Of a DNA stretch of 48,488 bases, positions 1 through 10,770 are shown piece by piece (within the stretch, counting starts at the first letter, position 1; each line of letters opens with the position of its first letter). The stretch lies in the IMG/VR virus record IMGVR_UViG_2597490154_000001; one strand, 5' to 3'. A model generated the notes under the pieces. That model saw nothing but the letters and a program-made list of their open reading frames with translations. It did no database searches and was not told where the DNA came from. The translations under genes were made by a program, and so were the position numbers. Source of the stretch: a virus (lineage: Duplodnaviria > Heunggongvirae > Uroviricota > Caudoviricetes).

Positions 1-139
1 GCAAAAACCTATTGATAAGCAAATAATGAGGGCCGCGAGTTCTCTATCTCAATCATCTCAATCAACACCTATATCCTACTGGCTTTCGCTTCGGTTGAGG
101 CGAATCGTCGCATGGATTGACGTGTTTAATGAGGATTAA
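1..139 (+). CDS. possible 3' part of a tail assembly chaperone -1 frameshift extension (gpGT-like); only meaningful if the molecule is circular and the window end joins the window start
   Basis: Slippery heptamer T TTT TTG at 48463-48469, 8 nt before the stop of ORF 48197-48478; the -1 frame stays open across the 48488/1 junction and stops at 137-139, 5 nt before the tape measure start. Confidence 0.3.
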   Translation, partial: QKPIDKQIMRAASSLSQSSQSTPISYWLSLRLRRIVAWIDVFNED

Positions 140-144
140 TACTA

Positions 145-2937
145 ATGGCCAGCAATAAGAACTTTAAGCTGGCTTTTGAAATTGGCGGCAAAGTTGCCGC
201 CTCTCTCCCCAAAAGTTTTACTACAGCTAATCAGGCTGTTGCTAAATTAAATGCCGAGCTTGCTGGATTAACGAAAGAACATGGGGAAATTCAAAAGCTA
301 CAATCTGTAAAAGTAAAGGTTGGACAGACTGCCCTCGAATATCATAAAGCTGCCGCTCGCGTTGAAGAGTTACAGAAGCAAATAAAAAACACGGCCAATC
401 CAACCAGAGCGATGCTTCGTGACTTTGAGAAGGCAAAAACACATTCATCGAATTTACGAGCATCACTACGTTCTCAGCGTGAAGAACTGGCCGCTTTAAA
501 GTCTGCCTATCAGGGAGCTGATACATCTGCCAGAGCTTTGGCCTCAAGAGAGAAAGAGCTTAAAGCCAGCATTGATCGTAATCGTGAGGCTCAGGCCCGT
601 AGCGTTGAGCAGGTTAACCGCTACAGAACGGCTTTGGCTTTAGCCAGAGCAAATGTTCAGCAAGTGAAAAAACAGCAGGAGGAACTTAACCGGGCATTAG
701 AAAAACAACGTATTGATAAAATTAACAGCTATAAAAATGCGTTGGCTGAAGCACGGAAAAATGTTCTTGCAGTAAAACGTGCTCAGGAGGAGTTAAACCG
801 CGCGTTGGAAAGGCAGCGTGAATTGAAGCGAGAGCATCTTGGTGAGGCAAAGAGTCAACTTGTAAGGTCAGGATTACAAACTGGTGCTGTAGCGGCTGGT
901 GCATTTGCTGCTGCTAACAATGCAGCAAATTTCAATCGTGAAAACAAAATGATTGGTCTTACGGCAGATATGAAGCCGGAAGAAGTTCAGGCGATGGGGC
1001 AGGCGATGCTTGTTACCGGAACGGCCACCAACCAGTTTGCATCTGATATTCAGGCCGCTCAGGGTTTTCTTGTCGCTGCTGGGCAGGATTATAAAGAGGC
1101 TCAGGCGAATCTACTAACTATTGGGCGAACAGCTACAGCTACTGGCTCTGATATCCTCGATGTCTCGAAAGCATCATTTACATTAAGTGACTCATTGAAG
1201 ATTGATCCATCTCAAATGAAGTCTGCAATGGGGATTCTGGTTCAGGCAGGGAAAGAGGGAAACTTTGAATTTAAAGATATGGCCAAAAATCTTCCTGTGC
1301 TTGGTGCTCAGTTCCAGGCATTAAAAATGGGAGGTAAAGAAGCCGCCGCGACGATGGGGGCAGCTTTGCAGATAGCTCGCAAAGGTGCTGCAACTTCGGA
1401 TGAGGCTGCTAATAATATGAACAACTTTTTGGCGAAAATACTTTCCCCTGAAACACTAAAAAAAGCAAAGAAAAATTTCGGTGTAGATTTATATAAAATT
1501 GTCACAACAGCGCAGAAAAAAGGGAAGAATCCATTCGAAGCTGCAATGCATTCTGTCATGAAAATGACTAAGAACGGAGATCAGAAGTTACTTGGTGAGC
1601 TATTTGGCGATATGCAGGTTCAGAACTTTGTTCGTCCGATGATTCAAAACTGGAAGGAATACCAGAGAATCAAAGCAACATCTCTTGGAGCTGGAAGTGC
1701 TGTTATTGACCGCGATTTTGCCAACATAACGAAAGATAATGCGGAGCGATTGAAACAATTACGTATTCAGGCTAGCAATGCATCATTAAGTTTTGGTCAG
1801 GCCTTGCAACCTGCTTTAAATGCCGCGCTTAGTGTTTTGGTTCCGCTGATTACAAAAATCAGTGAATTTGTAGCTAACAACCCCAATTTTGTTTCTCAGA
1901 TTGTGATGGCGGCAGGTGCGTTTCTAACCATGAAAAGTGTGGTTATAGCGTGTAGGGTAGCTATGCTGGCTTTATCTGTAGCGACAAAGCTAACCCCTTT
2001 CGGGTGGATTCAGATGGCCATATCAGCCATTGTGGCGTTAGGTATATTGTTGTATCAGAATTGGGATAAAATAAAAGAATGTGCATCAAAAGTTTGGCCT
2101 GCTATTAAGGATTACACTGTTAAGTCTTTTGAGACTATAAAAAACTTTATCTTAAACTTTGATCTCAATGGATGGATTATATCCATGTTTGGTAAAGCAT
2201 GGGATTATCTTTCCAATATAAACTGGAGTTCGGCAGGAGTAAAGATTTACAGTACATTAATTAGTGCTTTTAAATGGATGTCTCCGCTTCCGTTATTAAT
2301 TAAAGCGTTTAAATATGTAAAAAATTATCTTTCTGGTGTTAACTGGAGCGAAACAGGAAAGAAAATCATAGATACACTGGTATCTGTTTTTATGCGTTTT
2401 TCACCAGTTGGACTCTTTATAAGAGCATTCCAATCTGTAACGGCTTATTTATCTGGAATAAACTGGAGTGAGTCAGGTGCAAAAATAATTGAGACGTTAA
2501 TCACTGGGATAAAATCAAAAGCAAATGCTTTAATTAATGAAGTGAAAGGCGTTTTTTCTTCTGTACGTGAGTATTTACCGTTCTCTGACGCGAAAAAAGG
2601 TCCATTCTCACAGCTAACAAAGTCAGGTGGTGCAATAATGACTACTCTGGCATCAGGTGTTAGCAGGAATAACAGCTTACAGAATGCAATAGCAACCAAG
2701 TTCGGGCAATCAAATTTATCACCTCACGGGATATCTGCCGCCGGGACTTCTGGACCTCGCCAGAACGTTAACGCTGTGACTGGTGGAATAACCTATTCAC
2801 CTGTAATCAATCTTCCGGCTGGTTCACCAAAGGAAACTGAGGCGGCAGCTAAAAGAGCATTAGATGCGGGATATTCTGATTTTGAGAAGAAATTGAGTGC
2901 TCATATGTTCCAACAACGGAGATTAAGTTTTGGATGA
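145..2937 (+). CDS. tail tape measure protein
   Basis: 930-aa ORF with coiled-coil-rich N-terminal half, hydrophobic segments and internal ~40-aa repeats; lies between tail chaperone and gpX/gpD-like genes. Confidence 0.85.
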   Translation: MASNKNFKLAFEIGGKVAASLPKSFTTANQAVAKLNAELAGLTKEHGEIQKLQSVKVKVGQTALEYHKAAARVEELQKQIKNTANPTRAMLRDFEKAKTHSSNLRASLRSQREELAALKSAYQGADTSARALASREKELKASIDRNREAQARSVEQVNRYRTALALARANVQQVKKQQEELNRALEKQRIDKINSYKNALAEARKNVLAVKRAQEELNRALERQRELKREHLGEAKSQLVRSGLQTGAVAAGAFAAANNAANFNRENKMIGLTADMKPEEVQAMGQAMLVTGTATNQFASDIQAAQGFLVAAGQDYKEAQANLLTIGRTATATGSDILDVSKASFTLSDSLKIDPSQMKSAMGILVQAGKEGNFEFKDMAKNLPVLGAQFQALKMGGKEAAATMGAALQIARKGAATSDEAANNMNNFLAKILSPETLKKAKKNFGVDLYKIVTTAQKKGKNPFEAAMHSVMKMTKNGDQKLLGELFGDMQVQNFVRPMIQNWKEYQRIKATSLGAGSAVIDRDFANITKDNAERLKQLRIQASNASLSFGQALQPALNAALSVLVPLITKISEFVANNPNFVSQIVMAAGAFLTMKSVVIACRVAMLALSVATKLTPFGWIQMAISAIVALGILLYQNWDKIKECASKVWPAIKDYTVKSFETIKNFILNFDLNGWIISMFGKAWDYLSNINWSSAGVKIYSTLISAFKWMSPLPLLIKAFKYVKNYLSGVNWSETGKKIIDTLVSVFMRFSPVGLFIRAFQSVTAYLSGINWSESGAKIIETLITGIKSKANALINEVKGVFSSVREYLPFSDAKKGPFSQLTKSGGAIMTTLASGVSRNNSLQNAIATKFGQSNLSPHGISAAGTSGPRQNVNAVTGGITYSPVINLPAGSPKETEAAAKRALDAGYSDFEKKLSAHMFQQRRLSFG

Positions 2938-3148
2938 TTATAGAACGGTTCAAGGGGACTCATGGGATAGTATCGCGTTAAAGTTGTATGGTAATGAGTA
3001 CCTGTCTTATCTTCTTATTGATGCTAATACTGAGCACCGCTTTACGGTGCTTTTTTCTGCGGGAATTATTCTTAAAGTTCCTGATGCTCCGGTTATGCCA
3101 ATATCAGTAAATAATTTGCCTCCGTGGAGACGCAATAGTGTTACGTAA
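2930..3148 (+). CDS. tail protein X-like (LysM-like small tail protein)
   Basis: 72-aa ORF (TTG start) resembling P2 gpX by recollection; sits between tape measure and gpD-like gene. Confidence 0.5.
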   Translation: MDDYRTVQGDSWDSIALKLYGNEYLSYLLIDANTEHRFTVLFSAGIILKVPDAPVMPISVNNLPPWRRNSVT

Positions 3149-4139
3149 AACGCTTTTTGATGTTGTATATCAGAATGTAAATATTACCGCTCATATGTCA
3201 CCTGATGTTTTGTCAATGTCTTATACAGATAATGAAGATGGTCAGGTCGATGATATTTCCATTATATTAAAAAATGATGATGGGAAATGGTCTGGAGACT
3301 GGACACCTAAAAAGGGTGATTTTATTGATTTGAGCTTTAAGCCTATAAATCAAATCGTCCTTGAGTGTGGGAAATTCCAGGTGGATGGCATAACTTGCTC
3401 TGGACCACCTTCTGTTGTTGAGGTGACTGCTGTTTCTGTTCCTGTTTCATCAGGCATTAGACGTGATTTAAAAAGTAATGCATGGGAAAAAACAACTCTT
3501 AAAGATATAGCGACTTCTATAGCTAAATTAGCTAACCTTGAACTGTTGTTTCTTATTGATGGTGATAGTAATCCATATTATGCGCGTGAAGATCAAATGG
3601 AGGAAAGCGATTTAAAATTTCTCCATCGACTTTGCCAGGATGAAGGGGTGTCGTTAAAGGTCACTGATAGCCAATTAATAATATTTGCTCAAGAGATGTT
3701 TGAGCAAAAAGATCCTATCGCTACGCTTACGTTAGGTATTGATGAGATAATCAGATATAGCTTTAGCACACAATCTACAGATTTGTATAAAAGTTGCACG
3801 TGCAAATATCGCGTACCTAAAAAAAGAAAGTCGCTTTCGTATACTTGGGTAGATCCATCCGTAGAAGAAGGGGCGAATCTTAAGATAAGAAAACTGGTAG
3901 CTAATTTAGATGAAGCAAAACGTAAGGCAAAGGCTGCTTTGCGGCTTAAAAATAGATATCAAAATACCGGATCTTTAGTTTTGGTTGGAGACACCAGATT
4001 GGTAGCTGGTGTAACTATAAATCTGGACGGATTTGGTTCATTTTCTGGAAAATATCTTATATCGAAAGCTGTGCATTCAATTGGGGCTAGTGGTTATACC
4101 ACCTCGATTGATGTCCGAAGAGTAATTAATGGGTATTAA
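3138..4139 (+). CDS. tail protein D / late control D-like (baseplate hub)
   Basis: 333-aa ORF, GTG start overlapping upstream gene; position and size typical of P2 gpD / Mu gp44 family. Confidence 0.7.
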   Translation: MLRKTLFDVVYQNVNITAHMSPDVLSMSYTDNEDGQVDDISIILKNDDGKWSGDWTPKKGDFIDLSFKPINQIVLECGKFQVDGITCSGPPSVVEVTAVSVPVSSGIRRDLKSNAWEKTTLKDIATSIAKLANLELLFLIDGDSNPYYAREDQMEESDLKFLHRLCQDEGVSLKVTDSQLIIFAQEMFEQKDPIATLTLGIDEIIRYSFSTQSTDLYKSCTCKYRVPKKRKSLSYTWVDPSVEEGANLKIRKLVANLDEAKRKAKAALRLKNRYQNTGSLVLVGDTRLVAGVTINLDGFGSFSGKYLISKAVHSIGASGYTTSIDVRRVINGY

Positions 4140-4141
4140 TT

Positions 4142-4762
4142 ATGAATGATTTAGAAACATTATTACGTCAGACTATAAGAGTTGGCGTTGTTTCTGATAT
4201 TGATGATGGTGATGTTACAGCAAGAGTTACTTTCGATGATCAGGATAACGTCACTTCGGCAAAGTTATCAGTTATTGTGAAAAATACAGATAAGAATGCT
4301 GATTACTGGATGCCAGATATTGGTGAGCAAGTTTTGTGTATCTTTCATCCCGCAGGGCCGCAACAAGGTTTTATTCTTGGTAGTTTTTATGATGAAACAC
4401 AGAAGCCGCCATCTAATACTGTTAATAAACGCGTAATTAGATTTAATAACGGAACTCGTATTGAGATAGACAGAGAATCTAATTTACTCCTTGTTGATGC
4501 TGTCGGAGATGTAACCGTTAAGGCTACAGGAACCGTAACTATTGATGCTCCAGAAACCATCATTACCGGAAATGCTACAGTTGAAGGATTACTAACCTTC
4601 AAAGGTGGAATGAAAGGATCTTCTGCTGGAGGTGTTGCAGCTACAATTTCTGGGAATGTTAAGGTTGTTGGTGGTGATATAGATGTTGATGGGATTAAAT
4701 CTAAAGGCCACCATCACACAGCTCAGGGGGAATACGCTCCGACAACGGAGGCTCAGGCATGA
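4142..4762 (+). CDS. baseplate spike/assembly protein V-like
   Basis: 206-aa ORF with Gly-rich C-terminal region, follows gpD-like gene; P2 gpV / Mu gp45-like order. Confidence 0.7.
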   Translation: MNDLETLLRQTIRVGVVSDIDDGDVTARVTFDDQDNVTSAKLSVIVKNTDKNADYWMPDIGEQVLCIFHPAGPQQGFILGSFYDETQKPPSNTVNKRVIRFNNGTRIEIDRESNLLLVDAVGDVTVKATGTVTIDAPETIITGNATVEGLLTFKGGMKGSSAGGVAATISGNVKVVGGDIDVDGIKSKGHHHTAQGEYAPTTEAQA

Positions 4763-5226
4763 TTGTGGGTATGCTTGGTACAATGCCTTTTGTTGCCTCA
4801 TCAATAGTAGTGAATACGTTCAACAATTTTAAAAGGACGTCAAAGCGTCGTGTAGCGCGCCATGATGTTATTGGGCTTAAACCTGTTCTGGAGGATATAG
4901 GTCCAGATCTGGATGAAGTTAGTTTTAATATGCGGTTGGATACAACACTTGGCATTGTTCCATTGGCTGCGCTTTCATTACTTAGGACGATGCAATCAAT
5001 TCAGGAAGTAAATCCTGTTGTAATTGGTATTCAGTATTTTGGTAATTTTATAATTACAGATATAGAGGAATCATGGACTTATTTCGGTCCAACTGGGAAT
5101 CCGCGAGTGATTATCGTCGGCATTAAATTACAGGAAGTCGGACAGACCTCTCTGAAAGAAGCATTAGTTGATATTGCTGGCAATATAGAGTCAAAAACTA
5201 GAAGTGCGTTAGGTAAATTATTATGA
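4759..5226 (+). CDS. baseplate-module protein, function unknown
   Basis: 155-aa ORF translationally coupled (4-nt overlaps) inside the baseplate gene string. Confidence 0.4.
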   Translation: MIVGMLGTMPFVASSIVVNTFNNFKRTSKRRVARHDVIGLKPVLEDIGPDLDEVSFNMRLDTTLGIVPLAALSLLRTMQSIQEVNPVVIGIQYFGNFIITDIEESWTYFGPTGNPRVIIVGIKLQEVGQTSLKEALVDIAGNIESKTRSALGKLL

Positions 5227-5543
5227 ATAATACGTTTACCATATTATCACCTTCTTACTCGATTGATTGGTCGCCCAAAACAGTTGTAGAAGAAGTTTTG
5301 CAAAATGTCTCTACTATTATTAACACTCAGATTGGCACTGTACCATATGCCAGAAAATTAGGAGTTAATTCAAGTCTTGTTGATAGCCCCAGTCCAATTT
5401 TTATTGCTACAGCAACACGAGAAATAATTCAAAAAATTAGTGAGTTTGAGCCTAGAGCGATTATCCATTCTGTTACTTTTGAAAGAACGGACGTTTCTGA
5501 TGGTTTTATTAGGCCAAAACTTGTGATAGGAGTTAGAGAATGA
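5223..5543 (+). CDS. baseplate wedge protein gpW/gp25-like
   Basis: 106-aa ORF; size, position upstream of J-like gene and sequence pattern resemble P2 gpW family. Confidence 0.65.
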   Translation: MNNTFTILSPSYSIDWSPKTVVEEVLQNVSTIINTQIGTVPYARKLGVNSSLVDSPSPIFIATATREIIQKISEFEPRAIIHSVTFERTDVSDGFIRPKLVIGVRE

Positions 5544-6664
5544 CGTTGCCGCGTGGTGGTTTGCCAGATATTACTTTCGCAGATTCTAACCCGACTGATA
5601 TAACAACTCGTTCAATCAGGGCTTTTGAGAGTATAACAGGTGAAACATTAGCACCTGCTGATCCACGTAGATTATTCATCTTATCATTGTGTGAGATTAT
5701 TATACAGCAAAGAAAAGCTATCGATTTTTCTGCAAAACAAAACCTTCTTACATATGGTGAAGGTGAATATCTCGACCATATAGGCTATCTGACGGATACG
5801 CCTAGGCTGGAAGCTCAATCTGCCTTGACTACATTTGAGTTTAATCTGTCAACAAAATTATCGGGGATATATACAATACCTGCTGGCACTCAAGTTTCAA
5901 CTGGAAATGGTGTTATTTTCCAAACAGATATTTTGTTGGAAATACCTGCTGGGAAAACAGTTGGTACAGTCTCAGGATATGCTGTTATACCTGGTTTATC
6001 TGGGAATGGCTTTTTACCAGGGCAAATAAATGAGTTGGTGACTCCGTTGCCGTATGTTTCCAGCGTAAGGAATGTAACAACATCTAATTCTGGTGCTGAT
6101 ACGGAGTCAGATGATAATTATGCTGAAAGAATAAAACTGTCGCCGGAAAAACTGTCTACAGCAGGGCCGGAGGATTCTTATAAATATTGGACAAGAACAG
6201 CCAATCAGAATATAAAAGATGTGAATGTATATACACCATCGCCCGGAATTGTAGAAATCCGTTCTTTGTTAGAGAACGGAGATATACCTTCTGATGAACT
6301 ATTAGAGCAGATAAATAGCGTTCTCTCTGCAACTAATATTCGACCATTCACAGATAAAGTTCTTGTTAAGAAACCAGAGAGCATTGAATACGATATAATA
6401 ATTAAATACTGGATTAACTCATCGGACAAAAACAGAACAACTTTAATTCAAAGTGAGGTTGAGAAAGCTATTGATGAGTATAAACAATGGCAACGTTCGG
6501 TTATGGGAAGAGATATAAATCCAGATGAAATTATTCAACGTTTAAAAAATGCTGGGGCTAAAAGATTAGAAATATCAAGTCCTGTTTTTACTGTGGTTGG
6601 AGAGACACAGGTCGCCAGAGAGAGAAATATAAATTGCCAGTATGCGGGGTTAGAGGATGGCTGA
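5540..6664 (+). CDS. baseplate J-like protein
   Basis: 374-aa ORF following gpW-like gene; conserved order W-J-I-fibre. Confidence 0.75.
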   Translation: MTLPRGGLPDITFADSNPTDITTRSIRAFESITGETLAPADPRRLFILSLCEIIIQQRKAIDFSAKQNLLTYGEGEYLDHIGYLTDTPRLEAQSALTTFEFNLSTKLSGIYTIPAGTQVSTGNGVIFQTDILLEIPAGKTVGTVSGYAVIPGLSGNGFLPGQINELVTPLPYVSSVRNVTTSNSGADTESDDNYAERIKLSPEKLSTAGPEDSYKYWTRTANQNIKDVNVYTPSPGIVEIRSLLENGDIPSDELLEQINSVLSATNIRPFTDKVLVKKPESIEYDIIIKYWINSSDKNRTTLIQSEVEKAIDEYKQWQRSVMGRDINPDEIIQRLKNAGAKRLEISSPVFTVVGETQVARERNINCQYAGLEDG

Positions 6665-7238
6665 TATCTTTAATGTTAGCTTGTTGGATGTTTTACCTCC
6701 TAACTTAGCTAGCGATCCCAACGTGATAGCTATGTCGAAAGCTATCGATGATGAACTACAAGCAATTAACAATTTAATATATAAGACAGAAATATATAGC
6801 GTTGTTGATAACCTGGATTCAGTTGTCCTCGATCATTTAGCTTGGCAATGGAATGCTGATACATGGAGGGATAGTTGGCCTGTATCGTTAAAGCGTTCTG
6901 TTTTCAAATCAATAATACGAACAAAGCGAATAAAGGGTACAAGGGCAGCGGTTGAAGATGTAGTAAATAGCTTGGGTGGAGAGGTAAACATAATAGAATG
7001 GTTTGAAACATCACCACCTGGCGAACCATATACAGCCTCAATTGTTGCTTCGATTAACTCTTTTGATGGTGCCGTTCCTTCGAAAGAGATGTTGGAAGAT
7101 ACGTTAAGAAGTATCAAGAGCGCAAAGTCGGCAAGAACATTATTTACATTTTCGCAAGCAGCCAATGTTTCTGGTGGTGTCGGTATTGTTGGTGCTTGTC
7201 AGCCTGTGTCTTATATACGATTAATTGGCGAGTGTTAA
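6657..7238 (+). CDS. tail protein I-like
   Basis: 193-aa ORF between J-like gene and tail fibre gene. Confidence 0.55.
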   Translation: MADIFNVSLLDVLPPNLASDPNVIAMSKAIDDELQAINNLIYKTEIYSVVDNLDSVVLDHLAWQWNADTWRDSWPVSLKRSVFKSIIRTKRIKGTRAAVEDVVNSLGGEVNIIEWFETSPPGEPYTASIVASINSFDGAVPSKEMLEDTLRSIKSAKSARTLFTFSQAANVSGGVGIVGACQPVSYIRLIGEC

Positions 7239-7268
7239 TTCGCAATTTGTTTATTCAAGGAATTAAGC

Positions 7269-9677
7269 GTGAGTAAATTATTATTTACGATGACTGACGC
7301 CGGGCGTCAGGAGTTGGTTAATGCCAACAAAACAGGAACAAATAAAGTTGAGATTGTTTCTGTTGGTTTAGGTGGTAGATATTATGTCACGTCAACCTCA
7401 CAAACAAATATAACAAACGAAATAAAACGACTTACCACAATAGGTGGCAAAGTTGTTTCCCCTGATACAATTCATGTAACGGCGAAGGATGATAGTAAAG
7501 ATGAGTATGTTGTCCATACAATAGGATTGTATACAAATAAGGGAACGTTGTTTGCTGTATACTCGCAAGAACAAGCAATAATAAATAAAGCATCATCTAC
7601 TATTGCTTTAATATCAAGTGACATAGCAATCAAGACTCTTGATACTAAAAATATTATATTTGGTGATGTTGAGTTTATTAATCCTCCCGCGACCGAAACT
7701 GTTGTTGGGGTTGCAAGATTTGCTAATGAACAAGAAATTGATGCAGGTACAGATGATTCCCTTGCTGTTTCAGCAAAGCGGCTTAAGCAAGCCATTGTGA
7801 AACATGAGCAATCACGTAATCATCCTGATGCAACTTTAACCTCAAAAGGCTTTGTTCAACTTAGCAGCGCCACCAATAGCACGTCTGAAACGCTTGCTGC
7901 GACGCCTAAGGCTGTTAAGGCAGCATATGACCTGGCTAACGCTAAATACACCGCACAGGACGCGACCACTGCGCGGAAAGGGATAGTTCAGCTCAGTAGC
8001 GCCACCAACAGCACGTCTGAAACGCTTGCGGCAACGCCAAAGGCTGTTAAGGCGGCATATGACCTGGCTAATGGCAAATACACCGCACAGGACGCTACCA
8101 CTGCGCGGAAAGGAATAGTTCAGCTCAGTAGCGCCACCAACAGCACGTCTGAAACGCTTGCGGCAACGCCAAAGGCTGTTAAGGCGGCATATGACCTGGC
8201 TAATGGCAAATACACCGCACAGGACGCTACCACTGCGCGGAAAGGGATAGTTCAGCTCAGTAGCGCCACCAACAGCACATCTGAAACGCTGGCTGCGACG
8301 CCAAAAGCTGTTAAGGCGGTAATGGATGAAACGAACAAGAAAGCGCCCTTAAACAGTCCTGCGCTGACCGGAACGCCAACAACGCCAACTGCGCCAAAAG
8401 GGACTAATAATACTCAGATCGCAAGCACGGCTTATGTGATGGCCGCGATTGCCGCACTTGTAGACTCGTCGCCTGACGCACTGAATACGTTGAACGAGTT
8501 AGCGGCGGCGCTGGGAAACGACCCGAATTTTGCGACCACCATGACTAAAGCGCTTGCGGGTAAGCAACCGAAAGATGCCACTCTGACGGCGCTGGCCGGG
8601 CTTGCTACTGCGGCAGACAAGTTTCCGTATTTTACGGGGAATGATGTCGCCAGCCTGGCAACCCTGACAAAAGTCGGGCGGGATATTCTTGCGAAATCGA
8701 CCGTTGCCGCTGTTATCGAATACCTCGGTTTGCAGGAAACGGTAAATCAGGCTTCTGGCGCATTACAGAAAAACCAGAACGGCGCAGATATTCCAGGAAA
8801 AGATACCTTCACAAAAAATATTGGTGCATGTCGCGCTTTTCACGGTGCTATTAGTACAGGGGCAGGGAACTGGACAACGGCACAATTGATTGAATGGCTG
8901 GATTCTCAAGGGGCATTCAATCACCCATACTGGATGTGCAAATGTTCATGGTCATACGGCAATAATAAAATTATTACCGATACTGGCTGTGGAACTATTC
9001 ATCTTGCAGGTTGCGTTATTGAGGTTATGGGTAATAAAGGTGCCATGACCATCCGTGTAACAACACCAAGCACTTCCAGCGGTGGCGGAATCACTAACGC
9101 TCAATTCACTTATATTAATCATGGTGATGCTTACGCTCCTGGCTGGCGACGAGACTACAACACGAAAAACCTGCAACCTGCATTTGCTTTAGGGCAGACA
9201 GGAAACAGGGTTGCAAATGATAAAGCTGTTGGCTGGAACTGGAATAGCGGTGTTTATGATGCAGACCTAAAAGGCGCATCAACATTAATCCTCCACTTTA
9301 ATATGAATGCGGGGAGTTGCCCTGCTGTACAGTTCCGCGTGAATTACAGAAATGGCGGTATCTTTTATCGTTCAGCGCGTGATGGTTATGGCTTTGAAGC
9401 TAACTGGTCAGAGTTTTACACCACAACACGCAAACCCTCTGCGGGAGATGTTGGTGCATATACGCAGGCAGAATGTAACTCAAGGTTTATTACAGGTATT
9501 CGCCTTGGCGGTCTGTCATCTGTTCAGACATGGAATGGTCCCGGCTGGTCTGACAGGTCAGGTTATGTCGTTACGGGTTCAGTTAACGGAAACCGTGATG
9601 AATTAATTGATACAACTCAGGCAAGGCCAATTCAGTATTGCATTAATGGAACGTGGTATAACGCGGGGAGTATTTAA
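7269..9677 (+). CDS. tail fibre protein (constant N-terminal part fused to currently expressed variable C-terminal part Sv)
   Basis: 802-aa ORF, GTG start with SD; tandem ~44-aa repeats ([19 protein letters not shown] motif); C-terminal third lies inside the invertible segment. Confidence 0.85.
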   Translation: MSKLLFTMTDAGRQELVNANKTGTNKVEIVSVGLGGRYYVTSTSQTNITNEIKRLTTIGGKVVSPDTIHVTAKDDSKDEYVVHTIGLYTNKGTLFAVYSQEQAIINKASSTIALISSDIAIKTLDTKNIIFGDVEFINPPATETVVGVARFANEQEIDAGTDDSLAVSAKRLKQAIVKHEQSRNHPDATLTSKGFVQLSSATNSTSETLAATPKAVKAAYDLANAKYTAQDATTARKGIVQLSSATNSTSETLAATPKAVKAAYDLANGKYTAQDATTARKGIVQLSSATNSTSETLAATPKAVKAAYDLANGKYTAQDATTARKGIVQLSSATNSTSETLAATPKAVKAVMDETNKKAPLNSPALTGTPTTPTAPKGTNNTQIASTAYVMAAIAALVDSSPDALNTLNELAAALGNDPNFATTMTKALAGKQPKDATLTALAGLATAADKFPYFTGNDVASLATLTKVGRDILAKSTVAAVIEYLGLQETVNQASGALQKNQNGADIPGKDTFTKNIGACRAFHGAISTGAGNWTTAQLIEWLDSQGAFNHPYWMCKCSWSYGNNKIITDTGCGTIHLAGCVIEVMGNKGAMTIRVTTPSTSSGGGITNAQFTYINHGDAYAPGWRRDYNTKNLQPAFALGQTGNRVANDKAVGWNWNSGVYDADLKGASTLILHFNMNAGSCPAVQFRVNYRNGGIFYRSARDGYGFEANWSEFYTTTRKPSAGDVGAYTQAECNSRFITGIRLGGLSSVQTWNGPGWSDRSGYVVTGSVNGNRDELIDTTQARPIQYCINGTWYNAGSI
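7848..8330. repeat. tandem direct repeats, period 132 bp, about 3.7 copies, inside tail fibre gene
   Basis: Units start at 7848, 7980, 8112, 8244; near-identical DNA and encoded 44-aa units. Confidence 0.9.
8713..8738. other. gix/hix-like recombination crossover site (left), inside tail fibre gene
   Basis: TTATCGAATACC-TC-GGTTTGCAGGAA; reverse complement closely matches the right site and the Mu gix half-site TTCCTGTAAACC as I recall it. Confidence 0.7.
8723..8794. repeat. left arm of ~72-bp imperfect inverted repeat bounding the invertible segment
   Basis: Reverse complement of 11717-11788 with 2-3 mismatches; encodes peptide [16 protein letters not shown](N/K)QNGADIP in both fibre variants. 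Confidence 0.9.
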
Positions 9678-9679
9678 TT

Positions 9680-10213
9680 ATGATGCACTTAAAAAATATT
9701 ACTGCTGGCAACCCTAAAACAAAAGAACAATACCAGCTAACGAAACAATTTAACATCAAATGGCTTTATACAGAGGATGGGAAAAACTGGTATGAGGAAC
9801 AAAAGAACTTTCAGCCTGATACGTTGAAAATGGTCTATGACCACAACAACGTTATTATTTGTATTGAAAAGGATGTTTCAGCAATTAATCCAGAAGGCGC
9901 AAGCGTCGTTGAGGTTCCTGATATTACAGCAAATCGCCGGGCTGATATTTCGGGTAAATGGATGTTCAAAGATGGCGTAGTGATAAAGCGAACTTATACC
10001 GAGGAGGAACAGAGGCAGCAGGCAGAGAATGAAAAGCAAAGCCTGTTGCAACTTGTCAGGGATAAAACCCAGCTATGGGACTCACAGCTACGGCTGGGCA
10101 TCATTTCCGACGAGAATAAACAAAAATTAACCGAGTGGATGCTCTATGCGCAGAAAGTCGAATCTACAGACACCTCCAGCCTGCCAGTAACATTTCCCGA
10201 ACAACCTGAATGA
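9680..10213 (+). CDS. tail fibre assembly protein (Tfa/U-like)
   Basis: 177-aa ORF immediately after fibre gene; N-terminus MMHLKNI shared with inverted paralogue. Confidence 0.8.
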   Translation: MMHLKNITAGNPKTKEQYQLTKQFNIKWLYTEDGKNWYEEQKNFQPDTLKMVYDHNNVIICIEKDVSAINPEGASVVEVPDITANRRADISGKWMFKDGVVIKRTYTEEEQRQQAENEKQSLLQLVRDKTQLWDSQLRLGIISDENKQKLTEWMLYAQKVESTDTSSLPVTFPEQPE

Positions 10214-10216
10214 GAC

Positions 10217-10241
10217 AAGGCCCGATAGCGGGCCTTAATTT
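10217..10241 (+). terminator. rho-independent terminator between convergent Tfa genes
   Basis: Hairpin AAGGCCCGATAGCGGGCCTT followed by T-rich run. Confidence 0.6.
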
Positions 10242-10769
10242 TTATTCAGGCTTTTGTGGCCATTCAGGATTTGCCGTATCCACACGGCTGACCAGAACAC
10301 TGTAGCGTTCCCATGCTTCCAGTCGTGTGCGTTCCTCGTCTGTTGCCATATTCAGCCTGACAGCGCGTTCCAGCGGCTGGATGACTGATTCAGCTTCGGA
10401 AAACAATGCGGCCTTTTGTGATTCGGCTTGTTGTTGCTGTTCGTCTGCCGTATAAATCCGTTTAACTACAGCTCCATCCTTAAACATCCACTTTCCTGAA
10501 TCATCGGCACGACGATTGGCTGTTATATCTGGAATCTCAACGACACTAAAGCCTTCGGGATTAAGCGTTGAGGCATCTTTGGTTATGGCAACAATAATAT
10601 TATTTTCGTCGTATACAATCTTTATGGTGTCGTCCTGAAAGTTATTTACTTCCTCATACCAGTTTTTACCGTCCTCAGAGTAAAGCCAGACAACTCCGTG
10701 TTTCTTTGTTAATTCATACTGTTCCAGTGTTTTAGCGTTACCCGCTTTTATGTTCTTTAAGTGCATCAT
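10242..10769 (-). CDS. alternative tail fibre assembly protein (U'-like)
   Basis: 175-aa ORF on - strand, paralogue of 9680-10213, inside invertible segment. Confidence 0.8.
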   Translation of the reverse strand: MMHLKNIKAGNAKTLEQYELTKKHGVVWLYSEDGKNWYEEVNNFQDDTIKIVYDENNIIVAITKDASTLNPEGFSVVEIPDITANRRADDSGKWMFKDGAVVKRIYTADEQQQQAESQKAALFSEAESVIQPLERAVRLNMATDEERTRLEAWERYSVLVSRVDTANPEWPQKPE

Positions 10770-10770
10770 A

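Noticed and set aside
242-2699. Several 60-101-aa ORFs on the - strand inside the tape measure gene (242-547, 722-904, 1308-1559, 2445-2699)
   Set aside because: They lie antisense within a long, well-supported + strand gene, have no SD or promoter context and low-complexity translations; treated as shadow ORFs
9352-9606. 84-aa + strand ORF inside the tail fibre gene in another frame
   Set aside because: Fully embedded in the fibre coding region with no start context; shadow ORF
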